The notes under the pieces: model-generated | What the model was told of the DNA's origin: nothing | Seen by the model: the letters and a program-made list of their open reading frames with translations, nothing else | Databases searched by the model: none | Source: Ginglymostoma cirratum | Taxonomy: Eukaryota | Direction: 5' to 3' | Assembly (NCBI GenBank): GCA_024137785.1 | Contig: JAHRHZ010000068.1 | Location: forward strand, 2,180,928-2,244,927 | Length of the DNA stretch: 64,000 bases | Shown here: one piece after another, positions 37,201 to 51,462 of the stretch | Numbering within the stretch: the first letter of the stretch is position 1 | Layout: each line of letters begins with the position of its first letter | Made by a program: the position numbers and the translations under genes

Positions 37201-37739
37201 CAATATGATAGGAGGAACAAAACGCAAGATGACAACACTCACTTCTTCAAACATGGGCTTACTTGTCACTCATGAGGATTCCCTTTTGGTAAAACGCAGA
37301 AAGCATGAAAGACAATATATTATCCAAATCACAGCACTGTAGATTGTCCTCTCCATCAGTAGATCCTACGATAGAGTGAAACAAACAAATAGGTCCTGTA
37401 TTTAAAGTGGAAGGTTGAAATTTGAACCACAATAACTAATGAATTTGTGTGGTGGTAAATTCATAAATCAGAAATTGACAAATATGAGAGGTTTGTTGGA
37501 GTCATTATTTGTTCTCTACAGAGGCAAATATTAAATCTTATATTGGTATACTGTCCATAATGTAGAAAGTGCTGCTTGAGGGTGTCAAAGGTGTAGATAA
37601 AGTATTCACTATCGATATGACTGAGGTGGTAAACAGTCAAGAGGGGCTTTTGTTTAAAGTTGTTACCAGTGAACCAAGCGGACACTTAAATAGGTCAGAT
37701 GTAATTTTTCAACACTAATCTGTGCATTAAGTTAACAAG

Positions 37740-37829
37740 GTGCAGCGCTGGATGAACACAGCAGGCCAAGCAGCATCAGAGGAGCAGGAAAGCTGACATT
37801 TCGGGCCTAGACCTCTCGGGCCTAGACCT
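37740..37829 (-). repeat. Penelope-derived short repeat, truncated, with a 13-bp terminal duplication
   Basis: gctggatgaacacagcaggccaagcagcatcagaggagcaggaaagctgacatttcgggcctagacc; tcgggcctagacc occurs twice. Confidence 0.75.
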
Positions 37830-39744
37830 ATTCTAACAAGAAAATTGACACAAAGGAATTAGAAACTAAAGTAACGTGAGTTCTGGATTTTGCAGTGAGC
37901 AAAAAAAAAATGGTACTTGCAGCATGTAAGGGTTCAACAATAACTGTAATATTGAGGTCACCATTCTCAATATTAGTGAGAGTCTGGTACCAAGTCTAAG
38001 GGATCTCTATCTGTTAGCAGCAGTGATGTCACCAAGCAGGGTAAGCAGCCAATCATATTGCAGTATTGTCACAAACAGTGAATCAGAAAGTAAAAACTGC
38101 TGAATCCATTAATTTTAATTTTAAAATTATTTGAAGCCTCGATATCACCTGCAGTAAGTTTAGTTGTGGGAACATTTAGTATCTAAAGCACCAGAAATCC
38201 TAAAGTTAAATAAGAGTGTGAGTGCATTCAATTATTCATATATTGGAGCTTTCTTTACAACCATCAACACAGCAAAAAAAAATGCTTAACCTAATAATTT
38301 TACAAATCAACCTGTTGCTGTTAATTTTCTGCAGTACAACTGTAAGCATCTAATAATGTAATCTAAGCAATCATAACCCATTGTCTCCTTCAATTCACAA
38401 TGATGAAAGTTCAATTTTATTAGCTAAACAAGTCAGCTTCACTTGCATGCAGTTTGCAGACTGCTTTGAGGTTTTAAATTAGCACAAGCAATTATAGTTT
38501 AAGTTTTTTTTAAATTCAATTCAAATTGCAAAGCATTGTTGAGAATAACTAATCTGCTGGTTGGGAAGCTTTAGCTGGAAAATGCTCAAGTTATAATAAT
38601 ACTTAAACCAAACATTAAGGATTATAGTAATATTTAGGTGACAGTTCTGCAGAAATTTATATCACATTATCATCTGACTTTGTGGAAATTATTAAATGTT
38701 CATTGTGCAGAAAAATGAAACCCAAATTTGTAGTTTTACCTCAAAGGGATTTTTTTTCAAAAAAAAAATAAAATCAGAAGACTTTCACACAGCCTAATCA
38801 CCAAACTGAAAAAAAACCCCTCCTCCTTAGTTCCTATTTTGCTCCTTGAAAGGCAAATATAAATGTTTTAGCATATGGAGTAGCAAGGGGACTATCACAG
38901 CTCTTTAATATAACATTTCTTGATATTTATAGGATATGAGGTGAATTATGCAGTTGAAGGTATGAGGGGTTGTGTGCAAGTTTGCTTGATAACCTGAGAG
39001 AGTAGAAAAGGAATTCTCCAAATGTTCCTTTTAATTGTTTTTAATTGTTAGTTATTTTAACTAGTTTTTGACTCTGATAGAGTACAACATAAGTAGGGAG
39101 TGGCTGAGCGAAGCACAAGATCGCACCATGAATGGGTCTCACAGTCTTCTTTATGTTCGCAGGGCACGTCACTTCCAGAAAAACATCTGAACCTCTGGGA
39201 GGTGATTTTGCTGATAAGTTGACCTTATTTTGCTCTTTGCCCATGAAGTCGAAGGAACAAATTGAACTAAAATGGAGTTATATCTTCTAAGAACATGATT
39301 CTTTGTGTCCTCAATTCACATTGTCCTTTGTACTGATACAAAGTGCACAGGGAGCACATTAAAATCATTATAATAAGCTAAGTGTCATTGAATCCAGCAA
39401 CGTCAGCTCTCTGCTTCTAAAGTATGCAGAGATATCAGCTCACTTCCTATGTTATTTAAAATGTGGAACAAAAAGTGGGTGGAATGTTATTGAATAGTCC
39501 TGCTGTTATTGTCAGGTCTGGGGCCGAAATCCTCAGTTCTTTCCCAAAGCAAATAAAGCTAGAGCCTGCTTCCGGACTCACTGACCAATTAGAAATGGCA
39601 GGTGGGCTGATGCATCTACTCCATCGAAAGAATGACTTCTGAGTAAAGTAACCACAACAAGTTCAGAAGAATTCATCAGTACCTGGGTTTTGAGGCCATG
39701 GCAAACAAGAAAATAGAGAAGACACCAGGATATGTTGTTATACT

Positions 39745-39900
39745 GTATGTATCCCTCTGATAAGAAGGTGCAGCTGAGGGAGGTGAGGAGCTGCAGAGAG
39801 GTGATCTTTCCCAAAGCCAGAAGGAAGAGAACTAAGCAGGTGTGGATGCAGGTGGCTGAGGAAGTCTGCAATGGAATTGCCCTGGCACAATCCAGGATTT
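39745..39900 (+). mobile_element. Harbinger-type Myb/SANT-like DNA-binding ORF remnant
   Basis: SDKKVQLREVRSCREVIFPKARRKRTKQVWMQVAEEV resembles the Myb/SANT-like (trihelix) pattern L..EV.....LF....W..VA..V. Confidence 0.55.
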
Positions 39901-40024
39901 CAGGAGGGCAATAAAGGTGAGGGACGAGCAATTTCAGGTGCCAATTCCCACACTCTGTCTTTCTACTGCATATCATACTCATGGTTCAAATCATTCTGAC
40001 CCTGCTGGCATTTCATATCCTCGT

Positions 40025-40860
40025 CTCAGGAGTTTGATCAGGGTGCTGCCAGGGCTGAGCTATGAGAAAGGATTGGATAGGCTGAGGTTGTTTTCCTTGG
40101 AGCAGCAAAGCTTGTGAGGAGCCCTGATTGTGGTGTGTAATACAGATTGGGAGATAGGAAAGAGTTCAGTAACCAATGGGCATAGATTTATGACAGGTAG
40201 AAAGTTTAGATGAGAGTTGAGGAGAAGTTTTTTGTTACCAAAGGGTGATTCGAGTCTGGAACTCATTGCATTAAATAGTGGTTAAGTCACAAACTCTTGT
40301 AAAATTAAAGCAATATTTAGATATTCAGTTGCATTGTCAAAGCCTTAGGGCTATGGCTCATGAATTGCAAAATAGGATTTGTATAGTCAAATCTATGTTG
40401 ACTGGTACAGATACAATAGGCCAAGAGACTTTTTTCTGTGCTGTAAATCTCTATGAGCCTGATTTGAAATAACATATCCATTTCTGGGCATTGCAGTTTT
40501 AGAATGATGTGAAAGTATTATTGACGGTGCAGAAAGGCTTAAGAAGAATTGTTTCAACAACCGGGGCTGCAGTTAAGTGAATAGATTGGAGAAGGCTGTG
40601 AGAAGATTTAATAAATGTGTTTTAATTCAGGAAGGGACTAACAGAATAGCAGAAAAGAAACCATTCCCATTGGCAAATGTGTCATGAATCGGGGGACACT
40701 GCCTTAAGGTAAAAAAAATAAAGGCAACATGAGTAATTTGCTCAGCAGGCAGTGATTAGGACCTAAATGTACTGCCTGAGAGTTTCATGTGGGCAAAGTC
40801 AATCGTGGCTTCCAAGGAGAAATTGGATAATAACCCAAAGAGAAAAAAAATGCAGGGAAA
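40025..40860 (+). mobile_element. Two adjacent CR1 3' fragments
   Basis: LPGLSYEKGLDRLRLFSLEQ plus 3' UTR to ~40460; a second copy starts at ~40475. Confidence 0.75.
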
Positions 40861-42319
40861 AGACTGAGTTGTTCTGGCAGAGGGTTAGAATGGACAAGAC
40901 TGCACATGAAACCCACTCCAGAGAACACAGCATCCATTTTTGCAACAGTCCCAGTCTACACTCTCCTGAATTCACCTTGAAGGCTGATTAACTTTTGCCC
41001 TTTGTATCACCTGCTATACTTGAGCCTTGCATTTGCCAAAAAGAAAAAAAAAATCTCCTTTCCCAAATTCTCTTGATTTGGTTTGATATTAAGAACAACT
41101 AATGTTCAAGTATCATTCTAGCTAAATTTAGATATTGATAAAGCGCTGCTACAGAAGCAAATGCTGACAAATTCTATATATTTTCTTCAACAAGAAACTG
41201 AACAGAATTAATGCACAGAGGAGAGTGAAGCACACTTAAAAGAGTCAGATAAGAAGGGAGAAAATAAGGGAGCTGAAGAACATGAAGCAATTAGCAATGA
41301 TGGGACTTGTCCAGAATGTAGAGAACAAATGACTGGAAAAAGAAGCAAGGGAGGGCAAAATTGAGACAGCAGGGAGCAAGTACTCATCCAGTTACGGTGA
41401 GATGTGTACATGTGGCATTACAGCATTGATATGTTCACGGCATGCAATAGACTCCTACAAAGAAGTCTGTAATTAAGATGCGGAATTCTGACATTCTGAT
41501 TAAATTCTGACAATGCATTTGGCAAATGTTTAGGATCCGTTGTCAATGGCAATAACATTATGGGTTGCAAACTTCTTAAAAAGCTGTTGAATTTTCTCTT
41601 GCTCTAACTGAAGCTTTATAAACTGAAGGTGTCACTGAAACACTTTGTCTAAGATATTTATAACAGCAGGACTCAGTTGCAGTATCTGAATAAATCACTT
41701 TAAACAATGAAAATACAAGTTATTGTGGTGCTATGCAAAATGCATGAGGCAATTACCTAACTATTTAAATGTTTGTCTATCCCATGATTTTGGGAGCAAT
41801 GTGTATGCCAACTAGGTCTTGTTTCAGTATTTGCTCTGTTCCCTTCCACAACTACAATCTCTGTGGTGTGTAAAATTGTAACAGCATGATTAAAGAGGCA
41901 TTGAATGAAAGTTTTCGGTCATAATTCTTGATTGACATCTGTGAGCAGTGTTCATGTGAATTCCACATTATCAAATGCCACGCACTTAATTATTACACTG
42001 CGCACAGCCTGTTGGTGAAATGAGGTGTATTACCACTCTTACTCACAAGCAAAGAATTGGTCAACTCTACATGACAGGAAATGAATGGACAAAAGCCAAA
42101 TTTGCCATTATTTCACTTGTGCATTCCTGAAGCACGCAGCTATGGTACTTCTCATTCCTGCCTCGCCCTCCCTAACCCTCACACTTGCCACCTCCCTCCC
42201 CAATGCTAACACTCACTGTCTCTTTCCCCATCCCTTATCCTCACTGTTAACTCCGTTGCCCTCCCTCTTGCCTCCACTCTCATGCAACCCTCCCACTCAC
42301 CTGCTTCTGGATCCTTCTC

Positions 42320-42640
42320 TCCTTGACCCTCCCACTGCCCACTCCCTCCTCAATCCTCCCAGTCACCGCTCCATCCTCAATCCTACCACTCAGTGCTCCC
42401 TCTTCAAAGCTCACACTCAGCACTTCCTCCTCAGACATCTCATCACTGCTCCCTCCCACTCATTGCTCCTTCCTCAACCCTCCAACCACTGTTCCCTACT
42501 CAACCCTTCCTTCACCACTCCCTCCTCAACACTCCCATCACTACTCTCGGCCACTCACTGCTCCCTCTTCAACTCTCCCATTCACTGCTCCCTACTCAAC
42601 CGTCCCTCCTCAACCCTCCTACGCCCTCTTCAACTCCCTA
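42320..42640. repeat. Degenerate ~27-bp C-rich minisatellite within a low-complexity tract (~42150-42830)
   Basis: Units such as caccgctccatcctcaatcctaccact, cagtgctccctcttcaaagctcacact and cactgctccctcttcaactctcccatt. Confidence 0.7.
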
Positions 42641-42999
42641 TGCCATGCCAGAATATTTCACTCCCCACTCCCTCCCTGACCTTCCCACTCTCATTCCCTC
42701 CCTAACTCAGTCACTCATGACTCCCTCCATGACCATCCCACTTTCTGCTTTCACCTATTTGCTGCCTTCCTTCCTGACCGACTCCCCAGTTCCCATTCCT
42801 GATTTTCCCACTCACAGCCTGTCACACTCCCTGTCACAAGGTGCAATGGCACAGGAAACAGAAATGGTGAGTGAGGGGGAGGCAGGGAAGCTGCGAGTGG
42901 GGGCCTCAGGAGGAGGAAATCGTTATTTGAGGCCAAGTGGCATGGTGAGCCCAAGGAACAGGGATACTTCTGGATGGGACAGGTTTTCTTACGTTCATT

Positions 43000-43295
43000 A
43001 AAGCTCATCACGTATGCATGAGCTGGTGAATCACCGCATTTGTTGGAAGATGGACAGGAAGTTCTGGTTCCTGCTGGGACTTTCTGTAATACACCTCCAG
43101 GAGCCATACTTGAAAGGCAGTCAGTCAACATTTCACTCTCTGAATCCCAGGCATTCTGGCTCCCACCCAACTCCGGATATGACAGAGCAGAGGCTACATC
43201 CGTGCATAATGTCTGCTCGCCAGAGGTACTCCTGCACGGTGAGCTAAGCCAGCTGTTGGGTTCAGTGATTCCCACATTACTGATCTGTGAAAACT
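43000..43295 (-). mobile_element. Possible Tx1/L1-clade ORF2 C-terminal (zf-RVT) fossil
   Basis: Minus frame QQLA*LTVQEYL..IMHGCSLC..EC..E*NVD*LPF loosely fits LAWL.V...L....MH...C...E.V.HL. Confidence 0.35.
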
Positions 43296-45199
43296 GAAGA
43301 AGAATGAGAGTATGTTTTGCATTTGGAATCTTGTAGTTTTCATTCATTGGCAATTTTGAGGCCACTGCACTTTCTCCCTTCCCAGTATACCAACCTACTC
43401 CACTGTGTTTCCTGGTTTTAGTATCAAGCTCCCATCCATTGCACCCTGGCTGTTATCCTCCCCTCTGCATCTGAGTTTACTCCATCCAATCCCTTGATTT
43501 TCTTCACTGACTGTTTCACTTCGTAATCTTCCTTTCCACCCAACCCACCTCTCTGTCCTTGTTTTGTGTTCAATCACCTTTTAGGTTATTTCCCCATGCA
43601 AGTTACTCCCCCTTTTAAAATTACTCCCTCACATTCCTGACCTGGTCAGGTTTACTGAAATCAGCCCAGTGCTGCTGGCTTACTTGTACAGACTGGTGAG
43701 CCAGTGAGCCTTCACCCTTAACAGAGTAATCTTCTGAGAACAGGATGAAAACTTCTCTTATACTAATCAACAGGGAGAGGCTTCCGCATTATCCCTGTCA
43801 GTGTTTGCACAGGAAAATGGAATTATTGTCAGAAAACAAGTCAAGTATTTGAAGTAACTTATGAAACAAATGATTCTGAGGTTGAATATATTGAGGATGA
43901 ACAATAAGAAAACATTGTGTTAGTGACCAAGGACTTAGTCATCCCATGACTTAAGTTATCTTAGTTGCTGAGTCACGTAATTGTGCTATTCTGGGTAGTG
44001 ACTGTACCTTAACAGCATGCAGCTTTGATTGGCTGAACTGTTATTTGGAAACCTTGGCCAAAGCAGACAAAAGATGATATTCCAGAGATGATAATTTGTC
44101 GCTATATATTACAGAGAGTGGTTCTCACCTATGAAATTGAAGATCTGCATTAATTAATAAGCACTGATAGTCATTCCGAATGATGTATGATTTTTTCTGA
44201 GTAAATCTTCGATTGAAGAAAGAGAAAACATATTTAGATATGGAGAATGATAAGGCATTTGTATTTAGTAAAGCTATATAATTCACTTAATCTGGACATT
44301 ATTGTGTCCGTTGAGAAAACAGGGAGTTCCCTTTCAAGAGGCTCCAGATGTATTATTGCCCCCTGCAGGTAGAAGTGTGGCTGATAGGAAGAGGATTATA
44401 TGAAAATTGCATAAATAATTTGCTCATTCCTCTTCAGAAAAATTAAAGCTATTGTTAAAGCATGCTGAAGTTGCTGAAAAAGAATAGAACAGATCATATC
44501 ACAAAGTGATAAGTGTATTAATTTTCAATGAAAACAATTGTACTTGGTTGTAAATATGCCTTTAGTCCAGGAATGCAATGAAGTAGTAGCTATGCGTCAG
44601 GCAGAGATTACAATGTCTATCTATTACATTTTATAGAAATGATTACCAGGCTTATTATATCTATGATTGTAAACAATAAGGACAGGAAAACTATCGTGGA
44701 CAGTTATGTAAAAGTGTATCAGCTCAAGCGTTCTGTAGCCAATAAAATTTTTAATGGACAATGAAGATGAATTTGCAAATGACAGATTTTGAGACAGAAT
44801 TGAAAACTTAACTTCTAGTAAAGCATACTGCTGAAGAAAGCCCATTTAGCAAATGTTTGTGCAAAAGAAACATGCAATAATTGATGAGTTGGTGCCACAA
44901 GGTACTGCAGATCAACAGTACTGGCATGGACAGTACATGGAAAATATTCCTTATAGTTAATTTGGTGGGTATAGCTCATGCCAATTAGTATACTGTAGCA
45001 ATCCAAAATTGCCTTCGATAGTGCATGATGCTCCTCAAGCATTGGAAGGAACAATTTTTCCACCCATCAAAATGTATTTCTTGCTGGTAAAAGAAAGCAT
45101 TCATTAAATGCCAGATGTCACCAAAACATAGGAGACCATTAAAATATTGCACCAGAACTTCCAGGGGAAATTTCAGATCTTGTGATGTGGTTTGCTGTA

Positions 45200-45950
45200 A
45201 GAGTGAAGGACACAGGGAATGGAAAGGACCAGGAAAAGGTATTGGATGAGAAAACGTTCATAATATTACGTGGGAAGCAGACTATAAAGGCACAGTTGTA
45301 ATGAGTAGTTGGGATGAGTTATGGATTTTCAAATCTGAGAACTTGGGAAAAGGTGTTGATGATAAAGCACCATGGATTTCATATATCTGTTGTTCTACAG
45401 TTTGGAACCAGAGGGTTAGGACCTAAGAGCTCAGAAGAAAAACATAATGATTCATGTTCTGACCATGAAGAACATGAAAAAATAGCCTCCCCTCCCTCCC
45501 ATGTATGGATCATTTGTCTAAGGTTCACAGGTAGTTTATTGGCCTGAGAGTCAAATGACTGGAGGATGGCAACATTAGTGGGACATGCAGACAAGTCTAT
45601 AGGAAAATATAAAAACTGGCTAGATGTCCAAGATATGGGATAAGAAATGAGGGCCATGGATTGGCAGGAGTGGGTATGAGAAAGGAGAACTAGAAGACAG
45701 CTCCGATAATGATTTGGGTCACAGACAGTAGCAAGAACTTATAATAGATATCCTGACAGGAGTATTCCAGGGAGATCTTAACATGAGAAAAGAAGCCTTA
45801 GTTGGACAAGGTGATAGAGTAACATGAGTAATGAGTAACTTCTCAGGCAATGGATAAAAGTAGAAGTCCCCATGATCAGAAGGCATATGGGCTACTCATA
45901 GCATGGTGGATAGGATAACAGAAGAATTCAAACAAAGATCCTAAAAAATA
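45200..45950 (-). mobile_element. Degenerate LINE (probably L2) endonuclease-region fragment
   Basis: gtagaagtccccatgatcagaag is antisense to LLIMGDF (the APE GDFN motif). Flanks are purine-rich. Confidence 0.4.
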
Positions 45951-45964
45951 TGGACCACTTGGAA

Positions 45965-46270
45965 GACATCAACAGCCAGGCCATTGGTGGGGTTGTAATT
46001 CCTGACTGCCCGCCTTTCTCCTGCAGCCAAGTTCATGTTCAGATGACCTGAGAGAGGGAGCACATGATGCCCACCGACATCCTCAAAGCCTTTAGGAAGA
46101 GGTGAGTATCATATGGGCTGGCTTGCATTTTCTTCCAAACCAAAAACCAATTTGGTTCAGCCACCCATCCCCCACCTTGTTTTACTTTCCTTTGTTTTGA
46201 TTATTTTGCTTTTCCGTTTGTGTTACACTGCTCATTGTGGGCATTGTTTGTTACTTGATTATTTGGATGA
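45965..46270 (+). mobile_element. Tx1/L1-clade LINE 3' end
   Basis: ctgactgcccgcctttctcc..gagagggagcacatgatgcccaccgacatcctcaaagcctttaggaagaggtg (..EREH...T.....F.KRW-like C-terminus), followed by a T-rich 3' UTR. Confidence 0.55.
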
Positions 46271-49200
46271 TTTGTTAATTAGCTGGTGGGTTTACTTATG
46301 TGAAAACAGAAATGGGTTTTTCCCCATTTGGCAGTTGGCTTCTGGACTGGGAAGGTGTCCAGAAGAGAATGGTGGAAACTGATCTTTGTGCTAAACTATA
46401 GATTTACAAAAGAAAACCTTACAAATCTTGGAAGTCTTTTGCTGCTTCATTAATCTTATGGATATCATATGTAAACATTTTTACCACTAACCTAGTCACT
46501 CTACAGCAATAATTCTGTCGAATTACAAAAAAGGTTGAATCTAAAGATATTCAACAAATTAAGGACACCAGGGCATTTCTAGAGAGTTGTAAAATGTTTT
46601 GGATTCCTAGCCTGAATCTCCAAATAATAATGGAAATATTTTTGTGAGGTTCTCTTATATAACATGTTAAACTATGTGCACTTCCAAATATTATCTATCC
46701 CAATTGCCATTGCATGCATTGTGAGAGATAGTTTAGTTTAAAATGGTGAACTGATTTATACCTTTATAATTCATAGGTTTTTCTCTAAAATCGCAAATGT
46801 TTGTGGACAGAATGTACGTTACTACTTCTTCACAATGCACCTCAACTGTGTTCCTCCAGGGATTCCATTCTGTCTTCATCACAATGCTGTCTTCCCCAGT
46901 TTCCAAACATAGTTAGCCTCTTCAGTATTCACTTAATTTATGGGAACACTATGTCTCTGATATTCTCTCTGCAACTCACAAGAGTCAACCTGGCTCCAAA
47001 TGCTCAGAAGCATTTTACTTCTGCCTGGTTATACTTATTGACATGAAAAACTACTTAGGTATTTTTCTTAATATTCAGAACAGCTTTAAGTAAAGAATGC
47101 ATTCAATAAACTGAAAAAAATAGAAGTTGCATTATTCACATTTTCTATCGATTCAAAAACAAAGCCTCCTTACATTTCTATTTTGCGCTTATCAATTTGT
47201 AATAAAAGATGTCTTGTGCCATTGCCAACACTTCAACTTGTCAAATTACAGAATACAAGCTACAATATAAAAACAAACAACGAACAACATTTTGTTCCCT
47301 GTGGTAGTGTAGCAGTTATGATAACTGAACGTAAAACTTAAAGGTTGTGAGTTGAAATGTCATTGTGGTGAATTTAAAATTGAATTCAGTAAATCTGGTA
47401 ATTTGTGAACTAACATGTTATCCTGTCAGTGGTTGGGAGTAGCATTTTTCTTCTTCTTCCATATCAATGAGAATGTTTGAAAAATATTTTATACATAGGT
47501 TTGTTTTTACTGGTGGTGTGCATTTGCACATTTAGTTGATATTGGCGCATGTAACAAAATACGTTCCACACATGGATGGAAACAAAGAGTGAACATTGCC
47601 AGTGGGACTTGATGTACCCAACCTTTGGCTTGGATAAAGTTCTTTGGGAAGCCCTCAATAAAGGGTCAACACTGTTTTGTTCATTTTGAATGTCACACAT
47701 TGTCAGCAAATTCCAAATGCAAATTAAAATTTGTGGCATATAAGTTGTTGATCCAAGCACTTCACTTTTCATGGTTGCGATCTTTTACCTGTGAAACACA
47801 AAGGTTTCCTTTGACTCAAGTGCATAGGCCAGGAAAACCAAGCTATGATCTGGACTTATGGCCAAAAGAAGAAATGATTACAGATAGCAACAGTTCTGAC
47901 CTTTTCCTTAGAACTTAGGAAGATCTGCCTTCATAATGAGTATATCTATATGCTAAAACCCTCACGAAAAACCTTATTTGCTGAACCTGATACTATATCA
48001 CTAGACATGAGCTTTATAACATCAAGATGACTAGCACTTCAGAAAGTATTCTGTGTAGGCCTTTCCATGTATGTCAAATAGATGTTGAAGTAATATTCAT
48101 CATTGGTGTATAGCTACTGAAAGATGTTACCTGTGTGAGTTTCTAAAATCAGCTAGTGTCGTCATTGAATTGGAAAAACACAAGTTTAAACTGAAATTTG
48201 ATGGTTTTACTTGATGGAATTGAGTCAGTGATCATTGCTGCAGTTGTTCTCTGCTGGTATTGCACTCAGACATTTTATGATCCACAATCACAATTGTGAG
48301 AAAACTATGATGGCTACTGATGCTCAAATGTATGTTAACTTAGTTGTCTGCCACCAGCAGCACCCTGTTTTGGGGAGAAAGGGAAAGAGTTTGTCACTGT
48401 TCTCGATATGAGCTAAAGTGGAGTCTGGAATAATGGGCTCTGGGCTTCAGGAGCAAGGCAACAATGTTTCAGGAGGCAGTGTCCTGATTGTTCATCTTGG
48501 AATTTGACATACAATAGCAACAGTGAATGGTCTTTATCAGTTCCTGGAGCCTCAGTGAACACACCAGAAAGGGTGGGTGATGCTGAGGCAGATCAGTAAA
48601 TAATACAGGGTCTGAAAATGAGGTGCACTCACAACAGTGCAGAAACGAACAAAATCAAGATTAGCAGGACCATTAAGATGGGAGATAAAATGCTGTCCTG
48701 TATCAGGATCAAATGCAATTGCAGCTTCCATGTTCAAAGCCCTATCAATAGGACATGGAGCTTCAGGCCATCATGTTCTCTACTCCCCCAATCTTCACCC
48801 CCATCACTATTCTTCCAAAGAGAGAGAATCCTCACTGAGATGCTACCCATTGGCATATGGAAGGGATTTTCCACCAGCAGCAAAATACCAGGGAAGCCTT
48901 GAAATTGACCTAATTGGGCTCTCAATCACTGGAATGGACAGACTGTTCTGTGAAGTGGACAGTCAGTCTTCTTCCCAACTCACTTTTGGAAAGTTTCTCC
49001 AGTGGTGTCATAAACCAAAGAACTGTCCTGATGCAAGTTGCTCCTATTTTCCTGCACCTAGCCCACAGGGGAGGGAAAATGCTGTCCATTGGAAAATTCA
49101 AATCAAGCCAACTCTCAGTGATATACTCCAGAACTAACTTCTGAGTCAGAGTGGTCAGCTCTATTTCTGGAGACTTGTATATTCAGCACTAAGCCTAGCT

Positions 49201-51462
49201 TATTCATGAATTTAGAAGGATCAGACTGACACTGAGTGTTTGGATTAATCCTACATTGCTCTAGTTATGACTGAAGTAACATGAAATGAGGTAAGTAAAG
49301 TAAGTAAATAAACTAAAGTAAATAATTACTGTTGGGTGAGGTGGACAAACAACTGAAAGCTTACCAATACTTTGTGCGTGAAACATGCAAAGTTTGAGTT
49401 AAATTAACAAAATCTTCACTGATACACATTTAGTTAGGCGTCGTTAGCTGTTGCTTTCTGTGCTGTGCTTGCATTTTCTGTACCTGAGTAAGTACCTGAG
49501 GATGGAGAATGTGCATTCCATATTAGTGAATCAGAAACTATGATGTCAATTTTCTAGTAACTTACTTTGGAAACATCTTAAAATTGCATGGCGTCTCTGT
49601 ATTCATCAGATATCCATGGATTTGCATCTCAGTTTATATAAATTTGTTTTAATTTACAGGCTGGTGCCGTTAAATATGCCAAAAGCATACCAAGTACCAA
49701 AATATCGTCAGTTTCAAATTGTTTTCATTCCCAATATTTATTTCTGTTCTTCTGAACCGTACTTTGCCTATCGTTTATAAATCACTTAGACTTTCTCACC
49801 TCTGCTGTTTATTTTCTTCTCAGTCCTTATCTGTATTTTTGTTATATAGCATAAATAATGTGCGTATTTTTTTCTCTGTCCATGTGTGTGTCACTGCGCA
49901 AGATCTTGCTCTAGAAAAAGAAATACAGCAATGCAAAAATCTCACAACGTGGTGATGAAGGTAGAGCCTCCCATAAGGCACTATGATCAAGATTCACTCA
50001 GTAGGAAGAGTCATGGTCATATGGCCTCTTTATTTTACCCCAAGTGCTACTAAAACAACCATTGAAACATTTCTTTTCTGACCGTAAGGTAATAGAGCTT
50101 GATGAAAATTATCTGGTTCATGGCAGTGTGTCCTATTAAAGTGGCTCCTGAGAGTACTAAATGTCGAGTCTGTGATGGCTTATCACTCTGTACCACAGCA
50201 GTTATTCTGCTGTTGGCCTGTTTGTTTAAATATTGTTTCACAAACTAATAGGCATCTAGTTTAAATTTAAAATACAATCACAACATATAATCCTGTGCTT
50301 TTCAGCAGCACCTAAGCATAAGTCAATGTTATTAGGCTTCATGAGCTTCGCTTGGGAAACAAAGAACAATTAAGGCAAGCTCTTTAAATATTTTCAATCT
50401 GTTGTGCCTGTAAAGTTGATACAAAAGTTGTTTGGCTCTTGATGCATATTTTGCACATAACAGTGCTTTAGAACTTTCCAATGGCTTCTGGGGGTACTTA
50501 TTGGCAGTACATGTAATGAGGACTGCAGGTCTACTGAACCAAGCACTCTACAATTGATATTCTGTTGCAGTTTAGCACTTATGAATGTGCATTGGGGATA
50601 TTATGGGTGCAGTTGGCGAATTGGTGGAGTGATAAACATCAACAATGACCTTCAAGGAGATGTAAGGGCTAATCTTGCAATTTTGTGACGATAGCAGCTC
50701 TGTATCATTGGCTAAATAAGATCTGAATTTCTGATACAAATATGATTACTTGCAAAATGTGTACTGATGGAAGGGGTAAAAATCCATATGGAAAATTTAA
50801 AAGGATGTGTTTTCTTAAATGATGGGAGGTACTAATGTAGATCACTGCTAACAAGATCATGATTCAGGATGGATGAGGTGATGCTGCATTGGTGAAAATA
50901 AGTCCATCATTTAGAATTGCTGAAAATAATTTTTTAAATATTAGCTTTTCCAAAAAGCTGTAGAAGAAGGTTTCAAAGTATTTAGGGTCATTGATCATGG
51001 GGTGGCGGGGTGGAATGAGCTTAAAGTGGCAGAAAGAAAGTAAGTGAAAATAAATGCAAAGTTGCAGTCAGAATGGAGCAAATGGGACAGGACAGAAGCA
51101 CAGTTTCATGGCTATTTGAGATAGATATGGAAAGCATTTGTTCTCTTTAGCCAGGAGGGATAGCATCATAATGGGAAGCGATGGAATTATTGCTGGATTG
51201 TTAAACCAGAGACCCTGGTAATGTTCTGGTGACCTGGGTTAGAATCCCATTGGAATTTGAATTCAATAAAAATCTGAAATTTAGAAGTCTAATGATGACC
51301 ATGAATTCATTGTCAATTTTTGGAAAAGTCCATCTGGCTCACTAATGCTCTTTAGGGAGGGAAACTGCCATCCTTACCTGATCTGGCCTACATGTGGTTC
51401 CGGACCGACAGCTATGTCATTAACTCTTAACTGCAGTTTGGGGTGGGCAATAAAATACTTGC

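Noticed and set aside
42085-43001. Overlapping ~200-aa ORFs; repeat array considered as CRISPR-like
   Set aside because: Low-complexity minisatellite with no unique spacers and no cas genes, in a vertebrate context.
50571-50661. 91-nt exon-like segment (ttgcag|..|gtaagg)
   Set aside because: Only the phase-2 frame is open, which is incompatible with the phase-1 upstream exon unless other exons intervene. Peptide not recognised.
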